Shown: piece by piece, positions 48,906 to 63,603 of the stretch | How positions within the stretch are numbered: the stretch's first letter is position 1 | Layout: each line of letters begins with the position of its first letter | NCBI RefSeq assembly: GCF_006345805.1 | Contig: NC_042997.1 | Location: 187,984,001 to 188,048,000, forward strand | Length of the DNA stretch: 64,000 nt | Direction: 5' to 3' | From: Octopus sinensis | Taxonomy: Eukaryota | Notes under the pieces: model-generated | Told to the model about the DNA's origin: nothing | The model's input: the letters and a program-made list of their open reading frames with translations, nothing else | Databases searched by the model: none | Made by a program: the position numbers and the translations under genes

Positions 48906-51900
48906 TATGATACAAGTATAAACAAATAATGAACGCATACGATTGCTAACAACGTCACATACAATATTTGTATCGATAAATTCATTACGTGAGATGATTA
49001 TGGATGATATATAGAAAGTTTACGAAGTATCAGAAGAGGTGCAACTTTAGTATATATTGCATACAGAGTATGACAATTATTTCGGCAAGACTTCCGCCCC
49101 CAAAACCATCCTTTTTCATACACAAACACCCCTTTTCGGCTACGGGGAATACGAATCTGCAAAAAAATTAGCAAAAATCGACATTTCTAAATTATCCTCC
49201 CCCGTCATTTCCTTCATTTTAAACGTTTTTCACAATTTTTTTTTTCAAAATATACGGGAAAATACGGAGATTATGATTCTAAAAAAAAAATTTCAAAAAA
49301 TCTTTGTAAGAATTTTTTTTTTTCTAAATATGTGGAAAAATACGGACATCATGAATTCGGACAAAAATTTCAAAACATTTCTGTACTTACGGTTACGGTT
49401 TTAGAGTTAGGGTTAGTGTTGGGGAAAAAAGTCAAAACTGAAGAAGTTGGGGGAGGGGGGTACACAATGCTGATTTTTGGCAATTTTCCGGAACCTCCGT
49501 ATCCGAAAACGGGGATTTTGGGCAAAAAAAAAATTACAAAAATAAAGAAATTTGGGAGAAAATAGGTGGGGGGACGGGCAGAAATCTTTCCCCGAATTCT
49601 CTTTAAAAGATAAGTTTGCAGCCAAATCTAACTTAAAAACCCAGAATTAATGTAAATTTAGAAATTAAAACCCATAAACCCATCATTGTTAAAAAAAAAA
49701 AAAAAAAACTAGATCTGGGTGGAAAAACCCATCAGTGACGTCTCTGATCAGGATAAAGTGCTCCTTTTTTTTCTTCCTAATGTTGTGCAAAGACCATGAG
49801 CCAAGTTAATGAATGGGTAATAAGGTGTGAACTTTCTTTCTGCATAATTGTTTTTTCAAACAGCACGGAGTTTTGTCAGTGAACAGGTCGCGGTCTCAAA
49901 GCGACGAAAATATTTTGACAAATTAAATTTAAATGTTGAAGTGAATTTAACGGTTTTTGTGTGTTTCTTTAATGGCTTATAAACACCTTCCACGCTGCAA
50001 TTGTTTTCGTAATTCTACAATTTTGAAAACATAACAGCTATTTTAAAAATTCTGAGAAAACAAAGTCGGAGACAGTAGACTGTAGTTATTATGCCTAATA
50101 CATTAAGATGTTTCTTGTTTAATACAATGGGGACATTTCAACGAAGTACGAAATAGATGCCTAAAGGAGATAATAATTAAACATTTGACCAAAACGTAAT
50201 GATTTAAAATTTTTTAAATCAAATTTATTATCTGAACTAGCTTAGCATATAAAAAATAGAAGGTTTTAAAAAATGAATATCAAACTTTTTGATACTTACG
50301 TATCAAAAAGAAGGGGGTGCGGCGAATTAGGAGATCGCAGGAATTCATTCAACGAAAAAAAAAAATTAAATGATTTCGGGACGGGGTGGGGGTCCCCCCT
50401 TGCCCCCCCCTACTTTTTCCGTACCAAAATAAGGGATTTACAGCATATTAGGTCGGGGTACTTGATTCCACGCAAAAAAATTCGAGTTTTTTTTTTTTTA
50501 CTTAATGAAAATCGAAATTATTACATTACAAGTATTGCATCATTATTTTGTACTTCTGCATAGTCTTTAGGAGTTAAAATTGGTCAGCATAATTGTTGAA
50601 GTTGACACAGTTTGGAACATAGTCAGGTGACAGGTACATTCTTTTTTTTTTTTTTAAAGAAAATTTTCTTCAACTTGTAATTGAGGTTACTAATAAATCT
50701 GGAGAATTTTTGGCGTTTAACATTCGGTAATGTTTCCCCCGTTGAATTCCAAGTCAATTTTTTCCCCACACTAATGATAAACGATGTCTAAAATAGGGTA
50801 AAATCAGCCATAACTAATTTCAATAATTTCTTCTTAACTGCATGATGTAACAGGAAGAGAGCCACTCCAGCAGATTGAGAACAAACAATTGAAGATGTTT
50901 TATGTTGATTTTTTTTTTAGGTCAAGTTTTGTTAATTTCATCATGTGCCGTTTTTCCATAACTCTCTTTTATTTGACCCTAAATTTTTGTTGCATTTCTG
51001 ATGTCAAAGAATGGATATTGACGTGTATGCGTCTGTTTTCAAATGTAATTCTGGAGAAATGAAGAGGCAAATTTACCTTATCTTGGCTGACTCATTTTGC
51101 CCCAGTTAAATGTGTCTTTTACATGCTCAAAGGGAACGGAGATAATTTTCTGAAATAGTATTCAGATTATGTTATAATGAGAGCATTGCATTTAGTGAAG
51201 GTCATTTGCTTAGCTGATATAGTTTTTTTTTTTCCTTTAAGGTAGTGTACATTTGTAAAAACTATATTTCTTCTCTAAGTAAAAAATGCAGTAAAAACTC
51301 CTCATTGTGCCCCACCGTTCACCCCTATCAAAGAGACAACAGAAGTAAAATGTTCTACGGATTAAACCTAACATTTTAATATCTAAACACTGACTAAATA
51401 AATTATAAAAATATAGATTAATGTAAGAGGGGCTATTATTGTTTTACTTGTCCCAACATGTCGTTTGACATTATGCTCCCCGACAAATATGTAAGCTGCA
51501 CATTTCCATTAAGTATTATTAATAATATTTTATTTGCAGGATTTAATCATTGATGCTCTCTAATTACAGGCTTATCCCTCACTCAACAATATACCGAATC
51601 TCATTATGATGCACTGACTGCCATCAAGACAAAATATAGACTGTTTCACGAATTTGAATGTTGTCCTTCTTCAAGAACCAAGTTCATCATTGCATGGTTT
51701 CAATGTTAGAGTATCACTGAATTTACGTATCTACTGTCTTGACAACAGACAGAGCAGGAAAAAAACTTAACTTGAACCCAATGCAATAAGCGTATCTCAA
51801 CAGTTTACCTAAATAGCGTAGAGATATTGCATGAATTCACATAAGATTTGTTTCTTTTAGTGGGTATTTATTTTACACGTCAAGTATTTTAGATGTTTAA

Positions 51901-52618
51901 ATAGATTGTGATTCTTACTTACCCCAGTCAGAGAAATGGAAACTGTGTGGAAGACCGTTAGGTGACACATTCATATTACCTAGCTAAACAGACTTGATCC
52001 AATTTTCGGTTTAACACCACTACTACAAGGTGTTCGTGTGCCTTTTGTTTTTCTGAAGGCGAGTTGTTTTTCCAAAAAAATTTTAGCCAGCAAGAACGCA
52101 ATGTCCATAACATTTAACAGGGCCCCGAGGATGGGGAAAGAAAGCAAGTAAGGTACCCTCGAAACGGAGATCTGACTCAAATGCACTGGTACCTTCAGCG
52201 GAGTCCACTCCTTGTACTCCGCTAAAGGCGCCCAAGTTGCCAGAGGGTGGTATTGACCGAGCGAAAGGCGGCGAGCTGGCAGAGACGTTAGCACGCCGGG
52301 CGAAATGCGTAGCCGTATTTCGTCTGCCGTTACGTTCTGAGTTCAAATTCCGCCGAGGTCGACTTTGCCTTTCATCCTTTAGGGGTCGATAAATTAAGTA
52401 CCAGTTACGCACTGGGGTCGATGTAATCGACTCAATACCTTTGTCCTTGTTTGTCCCTTCTGTGTTTAGCCCCTTGTGGGTAGTAAAGACTCATTATAAA
52501 TTCCTTTTTTTGTAAGCATTCAGACTAGGTCTAGAGTCTGAGAATAATTTCCTCCACAAGTCTCTGGGATTCTGAAGAAGTTCATTGGTGCTACCTTTCC
52601 TTCTCTCTGACAGAGTAA

Positions 52619-53000
52619 TCTCTCTCTATATAAACGGCAGTTTGTCTGTGCGTTTTCTATGTGTCTGTTTTCTCGTACCCTCACTCTGACCACGGCTTTC
52701 AAACGATTCTGATGAAACTTGACACACACATAGCCCAATGTCATAATTCAAAACTAACGCAGCGAAAATTTTGAAAAGTTCCCCCAGTTCTGAAAAAAAT
52801 CGATAAATTCGACATGGGGTCGAGAATCAGAAACCCAAACCACAGACCGTCTAGGGGACGCAACTCCACCTTTTTTAACTCTCAAAAAAATTTACCATCA
52901 TTTTTTTCCCATTTTTTTGCTATTTTTTGGCTATAACTCTCTAAAAATGCTTTATAGTTATTTCCCTACAAACCTGAGCAACGCCGGGCGATACTGCTAG
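52619..53000 (+). mobile_element. Non-autonomous Helitron (382 bp)
   Basis: A|TC start, hairpin plus CTAG|T end; its last roughly 100 bp are shared with the copy at 13178. Confidence 0.85.
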
Positions 53001-54359
53001 TAATGATTAAAGTGTTATTTAGTAAATTGAAAACAATCTTGAATTTCAGGCATAAACTCCTATATTATTAAATAGTGTAATTGTTGGTACATGTAAAACT
53101 CAGGAAGAACGAAAACATTAAATGTTTAACAATTTCTCGTGTATATATATTTTGATTACGAACCCATTTTTGAAAGTGATTCTTAATAGTTATTGAAAAA
53201 GAATTCCTTTATTTTAAAGCCAGTTTATGATGTAAAATAATAAGGGAGAAATGTTAATGTTTAAGCAATTGAGCTGGTTTGCATTCAGAAACGAAGTGAA
53301 ATTCATAAATGTATATCTGCAATCCATGCCATTAAACTATTCGTGAAATTGTCTCACTGAGAAGAGTTAAAATTTAATTACAAAGAATAAATTTTGATTT
53401 AAACACTGAATAGGATTTCAGTTGCAAATTATGTGAGCTGACCTTCGTTTAGATTAAAATTTTTGTTTCTGTCGTGCATTCTTTATGAGAAAATTATTCC
53501 ATTTCAGTAAATAAGAATATATTATGTTGGCTGCCATTACATATGTCTTCCTGTTAAGGGGAACCGTTCTTCATTAGTTAATGTTTTTTTTTTTTTGCAT
53601 GCTTTTATTCTACAAAATATAGTCTCTAATGTCATCTTGTTTACTATATTTTCAACGTTAAAGTAGTACGCATTCAAACTTTATTATATATGACAAATTA
53701 AAAGGAAATCTCTCACACGGCTGACTATTACCATGAACTTCAGCTTTCTAGTTTTGTTTGTCAGTAATTTTTTTTAAGATCCTTAGTCACTTCTAATTTT
53801 ATGTTATACGCAATAAAATATATTTGCTTCAAAGCTAAACAAACAAAAATATTTATTTGTTTAATAAGATATTTAATTATGACAATAAACAATGTTTAAA
53901 TCAATAGCTTTTAGTGCATTTTCTCTGATAGATTATGCCATTGACCACAATATAGTTAAGTTGATAACGAAATGAATAAGTAATAAGTGATGGCATAGGT
54001 CTCGTTATGGCTGCTACCGAAATAGTTATCAGTAAGACATTCACGTCATTCAGAGAAAGCGGACAACCCCCAAACCCTAGAGTTTACGTAGATCGCAGCG
54101 AGCTGGGCTCAAACAGGTTGATATATTGTTTTTCAAAGAACTGTATTTATGTAACTTAATTTCACTTGATGGCATTTACAATGATCTTTAAATCGAATTT
54201 GAGTAAAGAACAACGGCAAAATTATTTTAACAAAGTATTTCACAGAATATCAAAGTAATTCATTTTGTATTAACAAAGTAATTCAGAGAATATCTATTTG
54301 CTTGTTTTACAAAATTTGAATATAGTAGTTAATATATTTATTATCAAAATCAAATTCAA

Positions 54360-54890
54360 TGACTGGCATCCGTGCTAGCGGGGTGCAAAGAGCACCATAC
54401 AAGTGTGATCGTTGACAGAGCGGCTGACCGGCTTCCGTGCCAGTGACACATAGAAGGCACCATTCGAGTATGATCGTTACCAGCGTCGCCTTACTGGCAC
54501 TTGTGCCCGTGCTAGTAGGATGCCAAGAGCACTATCCGAGCGTGATCGTCGCTAGAGCAGCCAACTGGCTTCCGTGTCGGTGGCACGTAAAAGGGCATCA
54601 TTCGAGCGTGGTCGTTACCAACGTCGCCTTACTGGCACCTGTGCCGGTGGTATGCGTAAAAAGATTCGAGCGAGGTCATTGCCAGTACCGCCTGACTGGC
54701 CCCGTGCCGTTGGCGCGTAAAAAGCACCCACTACACTCTCGGAGTGGTTGGCGTTAGGAAGGGCATCCAGCTGTAGAAACTCTGCCAGATCAAGATTGGG
54801 GCCTGGTGCAGCCATCTGGTTCGCCAGCCCTCAGTCAAAATCGTCCAACCCATGCTTGCATGGAAAGCGGACGTTAAACGATGATGATGA
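54360..54890 (+). mobile_element. SINE with RTE-type tail and internal tandem duplication; sister copies at about 56040-56380(-) and 63660-63870(+)
   Basis: Duplicated unit of about 135 bp and repeated GTG(C/T)CGGTGGCACGTAAAA...ATTCGAGCG subunits, then the conserved tail ...CAACCCATGCT.GCATGGAAAGCGGACGTTAAACGATGATGAT. Confidence 0.8.
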
Positions 54891-56569
54891 TTCATGTGTT
54901 AAAGGGTGATGAGCTGGCAGAAGTGTGAGAGGAATTTCTTCTGGTTTTTCACGTTCTGAGTTCAAATTCCGTCGAGGTCAACTTTCGGGATTGATAAAAT
55001 AAGTACTGGTATAAAATAAGTATCTGCACAAGAGTTGATTACATCAACTAACTCCCTTAACCCAGAATTTTAGGCCCCGTGCCTATAAATTAAAGAATCA
55101 TTTTAAATAGGAGTAATTGTTCAGTTTGGTTGATTAAAAATAGTAAATAAAAATTAAGTGTGAGATAAGTACTAAAAGAAGCAAAGGGACGAATCAATCT
55201 TAGAGGAATCGCGAACTATCATTTAATTAGGAAAAGCTGGAGACAACATTCTTCAGTGGTTGGCACGGCGTCGACTGATTATAGATATGTGCACCTGTAA
55301 AAATTGTAATTCACCGTGTGGCCTTACTATATGTGCTGACGTTGCTGATGGAAAATTCTGGCACTCTAAGCGTTTAAAAGGAGCAAATCTGTTCATTACC
55401 GTTCATTTTTTGAGAGGAGTCTTTTCTACTCTAGGCACATATGTCAGAAGTATAAAGATTTGAATAACACCTGTGTTTGACTCCATTTCTTAATTTATCT
55501 ATGTGTGTGTGTGTATACATGCATGCATGCATGCATGCATACATACATACATACATACAAATTTGACATGGGCGATTCCTGTTTTGGGATTCACAGTCAA
55601 ACGGGTGGGTGGAATTACACGAAAAATTACACAGATGCTGGGCTTTGTATTTTTTCATAGCTCCCATGGTTATCAAGATAATCTACTATAATAATACTCT
55701 TGTGTTTATGAATGAGAAAGGAAGGGGTGATGTCATACTTGGTAGTTGAATGATGAAAATTGTAAACTGAAAAAATAAATCAAACAGCATTTCAACTCTG
55801 TGTGAATATGTGTGGGATGGTTCATCTTTGTTCACTTAATATTTGGATTTATTTTTTGATTTGGTTGAACCTCAGTTGGGTTTTTTTTTTGTTGGTCGGT
55901 TATTTTTAGCGTTTTGACAGAAAAAGTCATTCTAAAATTGTTTTTTAATGTAAGCATGCCCAAACAAGTCGAATGCTTATGCACAGCAGGTTTCACAGCC
56001 ACATCATACAAACCGACCGGGTGAAATTGGGCTAAGCTGCTAGTATCATCATCATCGTTTAACATCCGCTTTCCATGCTAGCATGGGTTGGACGGTTCAA
56101 CTGGGGTCTGGGAAGCCAGAAGGCTGCACCAGGCCCAGTCTGATCGAGCAGTGTTTCTACAGCTGAATGCCCTTCCTAACGCCAACCACTCTGTGAGTGT
56201 AGTGGGTGCTTTTTATGTGCCACCGGCACAGATGCCAGACAAGGCTGGCAAACGGCCACGATCAGATGGTGCTTTTTACGTGCCACCGGCATGGAGGTCA
56301 GTCAAGGCGGCGCTGGCTACGGCCACATTCGGATGGTTCTCTTACGTGCCACCAGCACTGTTATCACAGCTACAAATTCCATTGATGTTGATCAACTGCG
56401 ATTTTGATTTTAATATATATATATATGTAACACATTGTATAATTGTAAATGGCAAATTTTAGCCATTTCTCTGCAGACTGAAGAAATGAAGAACAACCTG
56501 AATCGATTTCGAACCTTATTGGGTTCTCATCAGAGCCGTCTACATCACGCTGACAGTCTCCAGAGAAAC

Positions 56570-57065
56570 AACAACCCAGATATCTTGACCATGTCCTTGC
56601 CCCTCCTAGTGGCTTCCCTCCCCTCTCACAGCCATGACACCAACCATGTGCTTCGTTTGTTTAACTCTTTTTCCTTCCCTCCTGGCCCCTCTAAACTTCT
56701 TTTCACTCTCGACATCCAGAGCCATTACACAGTGATCCCTTACCACGAGGGGCTGCATGCACTCCAACATTTCCTTGACCTTCAACCCAACCCCCAACCT
56801 GACACATCCACACTTGTCCATCTGGCCAAACTTGTCCTCTCACTCAACTGCTTCTTGTTTGCTGACGATTTTTACCAGATCTCGGGAGTAGCCATGGGAA
56901 CGAGAATGGGCCCCCAACTATATTGAGGCCCAAATATTCTCAAGTTTCATTGGTCCCACTCCTGAACTATATAAGGCCATTATATTGACGACTCTATCGG
57001 TGCAACCTCACTCTCCTGCGAAAATCTAGACTCCTTCCTCTCTTTTATCAAATCTTTCCATCCTG
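56570..57065 (+). mobile_element. Penelope-like element reverse transcriptase fragment
   Basis: LFTLDIQSHYTVIPYHEGL.AL..FL, LVLSLNCFLF..DFYQISGVAMGTRMGP and YIDD motifs. Confidence 0.88.
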
Positions 57066-57203
57066 GAATGCGCTTGTAAATACTTGAGTGTGTATATATG
57101 TATAACTATATATTTATGTATGTGTGTGTGTGCATGTATGCATATATACATATATATGTAGATATGCATGCACAAACATGTAAATATGCATATTCACACA
57201 CAC

Positions 57204-57243
<40 letters not shown>

Positions 57244-58647
57244 GTATACACACACACACATGTATGCATATATGTATACACACACACACACAAGAAGCAG
57301 GTAGGCTGACAGATAGAAGCGAAGAGAAAAAGAGAAATGAATTGAGAGTGAGGATCGAAGTGAAAGAAAAATATAACTCTGAGATATCGAAAGAGTTTGC
57401 AAGAGAAAGAAAAAGAAATGCAAAGAGAGTAAAATAGAAAGAGCAACTTGTTGTAAACAATGCCCAAATGTTAATAATGGATAGACAATTTGAATGCGTC
57501 CATTAGCAAGCCACTTTTCCAGTTCTTTGCTATCATCATTCATCTCTGCATCCTCCATTACATATGAATCTGTTCATGTGCTGTTGATTCATCATCATTC
57601 CCTACAGTGATATACAACCTTTAACATGCACTTTCTTCACCTCATCTTCAACCTTTACTTAATACCTGACCAAATAAATACAACTGTGACTTTCTTTTAG
57701 ATGTCAGTTGTTAAATTGTTCCTCTTGTTCAGCTGAGAAAAGACCCTCTGGCTCTTAAAGGCAATCTTAATCTATTTACTTAAACATTGAATGATTATTT
57801 CAGCTACTAGTATATCTCAAGTGACAGCTATCTGTTAGAGTTGTTGCCGACATTTTGGCACTATGTTTTACACAGTTCTAGATCGAGATAGTGCTTCTTT
57901 TTTTTTTTTTTGTGGGTGGTGTAGGGGGGAGGGTTGTCATCTCATTGGCTGACTGACCCATAATAATGTTTTCTCACAACTCAACAAGGTCTTCTTACTG
58001 ATTCTTCATGTATTGTTATAACTGTTTTCATTGCTTAAAGAAACACACCGTATTTTTATTCTTGTTCTTAGGTCAGTCTACTTGACTTGACTTCAAGTAA
58101 TTACTTCATAATAGTCATATCAAATAGTTTTAACCAGTTAACAGCAGAGAATAAATGAATTTATTGGCAATCAGTAACTGAACTTTAATTTGCTGAGTTG
58201 ACTTTTCCAGTAATTCTTTTTGGCTTCATAAAATAAGTAATAGTTGTAACATACGTTAAGCAGCTACACTAATCCCATATGGATTAGCTTAAATCTCTTT
58301 AAAGTCAGCCAAAATCTTGTCTCTCTTCTTGTGCTATGTACTCATTTCTGTTATTGTAGTATTTGTTAATTCAATTTTCAACATCTTTTAAGTACATGGT
58401 TGCAAAAATGGCTGTTTTGCAACCACATGGTTACGTGTTCAATTCCACTGTGCACCACTTTGGAAATGTGTCTTCTACCATTCATAGCCTTGATTTAATC
58501 CATACCAAATGAGTGAAAGTTAATAGATGCTGTTGTCACTCATTATTGAGAATTACTTATTATCAGCATATTTTGTTGGTGTTAAGTCACAAGGAGACAT
58601 AGAACCTCTGTGTCATCGCCCCACCACATGATTCAGTGGAGTATTTC

Positions 58648-59890
58648 ATAAGGGTCAGCTGACAAGTTCATAGGCTGACCAAGATTCTCTCATGGAATAT
58701 GGCCAAATGAGGTTTATTTTTCAGTATAGTCCCCCTTGCAGTCCACACGCTTCTTCTGCTTGGATCCCATTGGTGAAGATATTTGCATTCTGTTGGTCAA
58801 AAAAGTCATCAAGTGTAAATATGACATCATCATCACTGCAATACTGTCTCCCAGCCAAGTGTTTTTTCATGTTGGGGAACAGATGATAGTCAGTCAGATG
58901 GGGCCAAATCAGGAGAATAGGGAGGGTGATCAATCAGTTCAAAGCCACAATCATGCACAACAGCCATTGAAACCAAAGATTTGTGTGCTGGAGCATTGTC
59001 TCAAAGAAACAAATCTCCTGTCACCAGTTTTTCTGTGCATTTGATCTTGATAGCCTTTTGTAACTGCCTCAGCAAGTTGGCATAGTATTCTCCATTGATG
59101 GTATTGTTCTTTTAAAGATAGCCAATAAACACAAAGCCTTTTGCATCCCAAAAAACTGAGGCCATCGCCTTCCCTGCAGATAAAATGACCTTGGCCTTCC
59201 ATGGAGCAGATGATGGGGGTATGTTTCCACTGCATGGATTGTCTCTTTGTGTTTGGCAAAGTGATGAATCTTGGCTTAAGAAGTGTTCAAGGAAATCAGC
59301 TGGATCTTCCTGAAACAATGTCAAATTTTCCCATGGTGTGATCAGCCTAGTATACTTTTGAAGATATGGCACCCATTGAGTTGTTCATTGTGCAAATATT
59401 CTCAACTTTTCCACAGGATATGCTAACAGCATTGGCTATTTGATTTATAGTCAATTACCTGTCATCCATCACAATGTTTTGAAAATGATCAAAGTTTTCC
59501 TCGGTTGTGGCAGCTGCAGGACATCCAGATTTTACATCATCTTGAAGACTCTCCCTTCCACTCCTAAGTTCAGCTGCCCACTTTTGGACTTATGGTAAGC
59601 TGGAGAGTCATCCCCAAATGTAACAACCATGTCAGCATGAATGTCCTACGGGGCCAAACCCTTTTTTCTGCTGGTACCTGATAACACCATGATGCCAAAT
59701 TTTGTCCGTTTTCATGAATAGCCACTACTAGTTACTTTTGAAGTCTTCTGTGAACAATCAGATGTCAGTTTACCTGTAAAGAAACAATGAAGTTATTAAT
59801 AAGAAGAGTTGAAATTAATGCATGCAAAATTTCACAGCTGTAGCATCACTGTTTCATAGTCAGCCTATAAACTTTCAGCTCACCCTTGTA
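58648..59890 (-). mobile_element. Mariner transposon, defective
   Basis: TIRs AAGGGT(C/G)AGCTGA..AGTT(C/T)ATAGGCTGAC; SAGKAMASVFWDAKG and LTDYHLFPNMKKHLAG motifs. Confidence 0.92.
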
Positions 59891-59959
59891 TATATGTAAG
59901 TATCTATATGTATGTTTGTGTTGATGTTAACATTGATTTTCACTTAGCCACTTGCTAAA

Positions 59960-60770
59960 GCTACTTATGTCAGTGCTGGGAGGAGGGATCAGTCCCTCAA
60001 GACATGAGAGACTGCAACATTGTCATCCTATGTAAGAACAAAGAGGACAAAAGTGATTGCAATAATTACCAAGGTATCTTACTGTTAAGCATCATCAGGA
60101 AGGTCTTTGTCCACATGGTCCTAAACTAACTACAGAAAATCAGTGTGGTTTTAGATCAGAACACTCCACTACCGACATGATCTTCTCTCTTTGACAGCTA
60201 CAGAAATGCCAAGAGCAAAGGCAACCACTCTTTATCACCTTCATCGATCTCGCAAAGGTTTTTGACCTCATCAGTAGAGACAGCCTGTTCAAAATCCTTG
60301 CCAAGATTGGCTGTCCTCCAAGACTCCAGGATTGTCCAGTCATTTCATGTGGACATGAAAAGCGTTGTTCAGTTTGATGACACTTCTTTGGAGGCATTCA
60401 CCATACGTAGCAGCTTGAAGCAGGATTGTGTGCTTGTCCCTACTCTGTTTGGCATCTTTTTTGCCATCATGCTGGAACGTGCATTTGGGACACCAACTGA
60501 TGGTGTTTACCTTCACACCAGATCCGAGGCTGAAAGCAAAATCCAGGGTGCGCCAGGTACTTATCAGAGAAATGCTGTTTGTGGACAACACACTCTGAAG
60601 AGCAAATGCAGCACCCCGTGGACAAACATTCAAAGGCCTGGCAGTAATTTAGCCTAACTATCAGTCTGAAGAAGACCAAAGTGTGAAGGACTCCACCCCA
60701 CACCATCGCCAACAACAACTACAAGCTGGAGGTAGTCCATGAATTCACCTATCTTGGCTCTACCATCGCT
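59960..60770 (+). mobile_element. RTE/BovB-like RT fragment
   Basis: FIDLAKVFDLISRD.LFKILAKIGCPP and LKQDCVLVPTLFGIFF motifs. Confidence 0.85.
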
Positions 60771-60779
60771 TTTATCTTT

Positions 60780-61814
60780 TATTTGTTTTAATCATCAGAC
60801 TGCAGCTATGCTGGAGCACCCCCTTGATGAATTTTTGTTAAACAAATCAATCCTAATACTTCTACCTTTTAAGCGTGGTACTTACTCCATTAGTTGCTTT
60901 TGCTGAACTGCTAAGATAAGAGGACATCACTTTCTAAACATCAGTGAGAGACAAACACAAAGACAAACATACATGCATGCATGCACATGTATGCGCACAC
61001 ATGCATACATGCATGACCGTGCATATGCACGCGCACACACACACACAGAAAACAAGCTTTCAGTTTTTTTATTTCTTTATTGCCTACAAGGGGTTAAACA
61101 TAGAGGGGACAAACAAGGACAGATGAAGGGATTAAGTCGATTACATCGACCCCAGTGCGTAACTGCTACTTAATTTATCAACCCCGAAAGGATGAAAGGC
61201 AAAGTTGACCTCAGCGGAATTTGAACTCAGAACGTAATGGCAGACGAAATACCACTAAGCATTTTGCCCGGCATGCTAACGTTTCTGCCAGCTCGCCACC
61301 TTAAGCTTCTTTCAGTTTCTGTCTACCAAATCCACACATAGGGCTTTGGTCAGCTTCAAGCCATTGTTGGTGTCACTTGTCCAAGATGCCATGCAGTGGG
61401 ACTGAATCCAGAACCATGTGGTTGGGAAGTAAACTTCTTACCACACAGCTATGCCTGCACCTATAACATATATACCATCCTGAAATAAGCATCAGGGTTT
61501 GGTAGAATTAACTAAATTTACTGAACCCTTGAAGGTGGTACTCAAGCATAAACACCAGTAATATAATAAAATAGCATTCTTATACACATATCTTTGTAAA
61601 AGTCATATTCCATAACCCATTTGTTATTTATATGTCACTGACGACTATGTGGTGATTCAAGGAAGAATGAACTGGTATGCTTTTCAGTTGCCCTCTTCCA
61701 ATTACACTATAAAAAAAAAACTCATTATACTCACTTGACCTGCTGGAAATAGCCACCATATCTCAGTCAAACTGCACCTACCTGCCCTGAAAAAGAGTGC
61801 ATTAAATAAAGTAG

Positions 61815-61847
<33 letters not shown>

Positions 61848-63015
61848 ACTCTTTTACTTGTTTCAGTCATTTGACTGCAGCCATGCTGGAGCACCGCCTT
61901 TAGTTGAGCAAATCGACCTCAGGACTTATTCTTTGTAAGCCTAGTACTTATTCTATTGGTCTCTTTTGCCGAACTGCTAAGTTATGGGAATGTAAACACA
62001 CCAGCATCGGTTGTCAAGCAATGGTGGGGGGGACAAACACAGACACACACACACATATATATATATATACATATATACGACAGGCTTTTTTCAGTTTCTG
62101 TCTACCAAATCCACTCACAAGGCTATAGCAGAAGACACTTGCCCAAGGTGCCATGCAGTGGGACTGAACCTGGAAACATGTGGTTCATAAGCAAGCTACT
62201 TACTGCACAGCCACTCCTACGCCAAATATAATTTCTGAGAAAAGGGATGATGGTCATGACTAGAATACCTTTGATCATAATACTGACCTCTGATTGAACA
62301 ACAATAAAAAGCTAACCCACAGTTTGCAGTGATAAACTGTGGTCACCAATGGGATCTATTGTTGCTGCTATTGTTTAACCTAAGTCAATCCTAATCAAGC
62401 AGACCTATAATCAGAGGCATTCCAGTCATGACCATTCCATCTTGTTAAGGATATCTAGGACAATATTACCTGATGCATCCTTCTTTTTTTTTTTATGGTC
62501 TATAGGTTATGATTTAAGGAAGAAGTAGCTGGTATTTCTAGCAGGTCAAACAACCATGTTAAAGTAGATCTTCTTGGTAACTGTTCAGTGCTATTTGAAC
62601 TGAACCATAGTGATATACTCTCTCTCTTTTACTTGTTTCAGTCATTTGACTGTAGCCATGCTGGAGCACCGCCTTTAGTCAAGCAACTTGACCCCAGGAC
62701 TTATTCTTTGTAAGCCTAGTACTTATTCTATCGGTCTCTTTTGCTGAACCGTTAAGTTACAGGGACGTAAACACACCAGCATCGGTTGTCAAGCAATGTT
62801 GGGGTGAGAAACACAGACACACAAACATATACACACACACACATATATATATACATATATACAACAGGCTTCCTTCAGTTTCCGTCTACCAAATCCACTC
62901 ACAAGGCTTTGGTCAGCCCGAGGTTATAATAGAAGATACTTGCCCAAGGTGCCACGCAGTGGGACTGAACCCGGAACCATGTGGTTTGTAAGCAAGCTAC
63001 TTACCACACAGCCAC
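60780..63015 (-). mobile_element. Three copies of a second tRNA-derived SINE family: about 60780-61460 (with a nested SINE), 61845-62220 and 62620-63015
   Basis: Shared TTTCAGTCATTTGACTG..GCCATGCTGGAGCACC...CAAGGTGCCA.GCAGTGGGACTGAA...TTACCACACAGC. Confidence 0.88.
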
Positions 63016-63409
63016 TCTTAAGTATGTTGCCAATGAGAGTGAACATGTTATTTCAGGACTCGAAACATCAATCTTTCAACAAGTAGCCTGGAACTTCATC
63101 ACTGGATCAACTGTAATCCTTATAATAACTACTAAATTCCATTTTCTTTCCTTGGAATATTTTTGCTGAACCGAGAATGAAGTGTGATACTCATCTGGTG
63201 CCTAAAAGGATGACTGTCTCAGAATTTATGACCTGCAAAGTAACCATATGATTTCTACTTTAGTTATATTAATGTATGCATCATCATCATCATCATTGTC
63301 AGTGTCATCATCATCATTATCATTTCTACATCTACCTTTCCATGCTTGCATAGATTAGATGAAAGTGCATTGGGCTAGAGTTTTCTATGATTGGGTACCT
63401 TTTCGACAT

Positions 63410-63603
63410 CTATAGCAAGACACCTGTGCTTGTCTCTCCTCTCTCTATAGCAAGACACCTGTGCTTGTCTCTCCTCTCTCTAGAGCAAGACACCTGTGCT
63501 TGTCTCTCCTCTCTCTAGAGCAAGACACCTGTACTTGTCTCTCCTCTATAGCAAGACACCTGTGCTTTTCTCTCCTCTATAGCCAGACACCTGTGCTTGT
63601 CCC
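63410..63603. repeat. Minisatellite, six units of about 31-35 bp (CTATAGCAAGACACCTGTGCTTGTCTCTCCTCTCT)
   Basis: Direct tandem units differing mainly in the length of the CT tract. Confidence 0.95.

Noticed and set aside
49050-50560. Possible TIR element with telomere-like TTAGGG fragments
   Set aside because: Termini match only weakly, no TSD was found, and the TTAGGG units are isolated rather than an array.
49760-51780. Several exon-like segments in unique AT-rich sequence (for example 50569-50624 and about 51572-51710)
   Set aside because: No phase-consistent chain or recognisable protein could be built on either strand.
57106-57558. 150-aa minus-strand ORF MEDAEMNDDSKELEKW...
   Set aside because: Most of it runs through (CT)n, (TG)n and (TA)n repeats; no splice or homology support.
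63410-63603. CRISPR-like appearance (about 35-bp semi-palindromic repeats)
   Set aside because: Units are directly adjacent with no unique spacers, there are no cas genes, and the context is eukaryotic.
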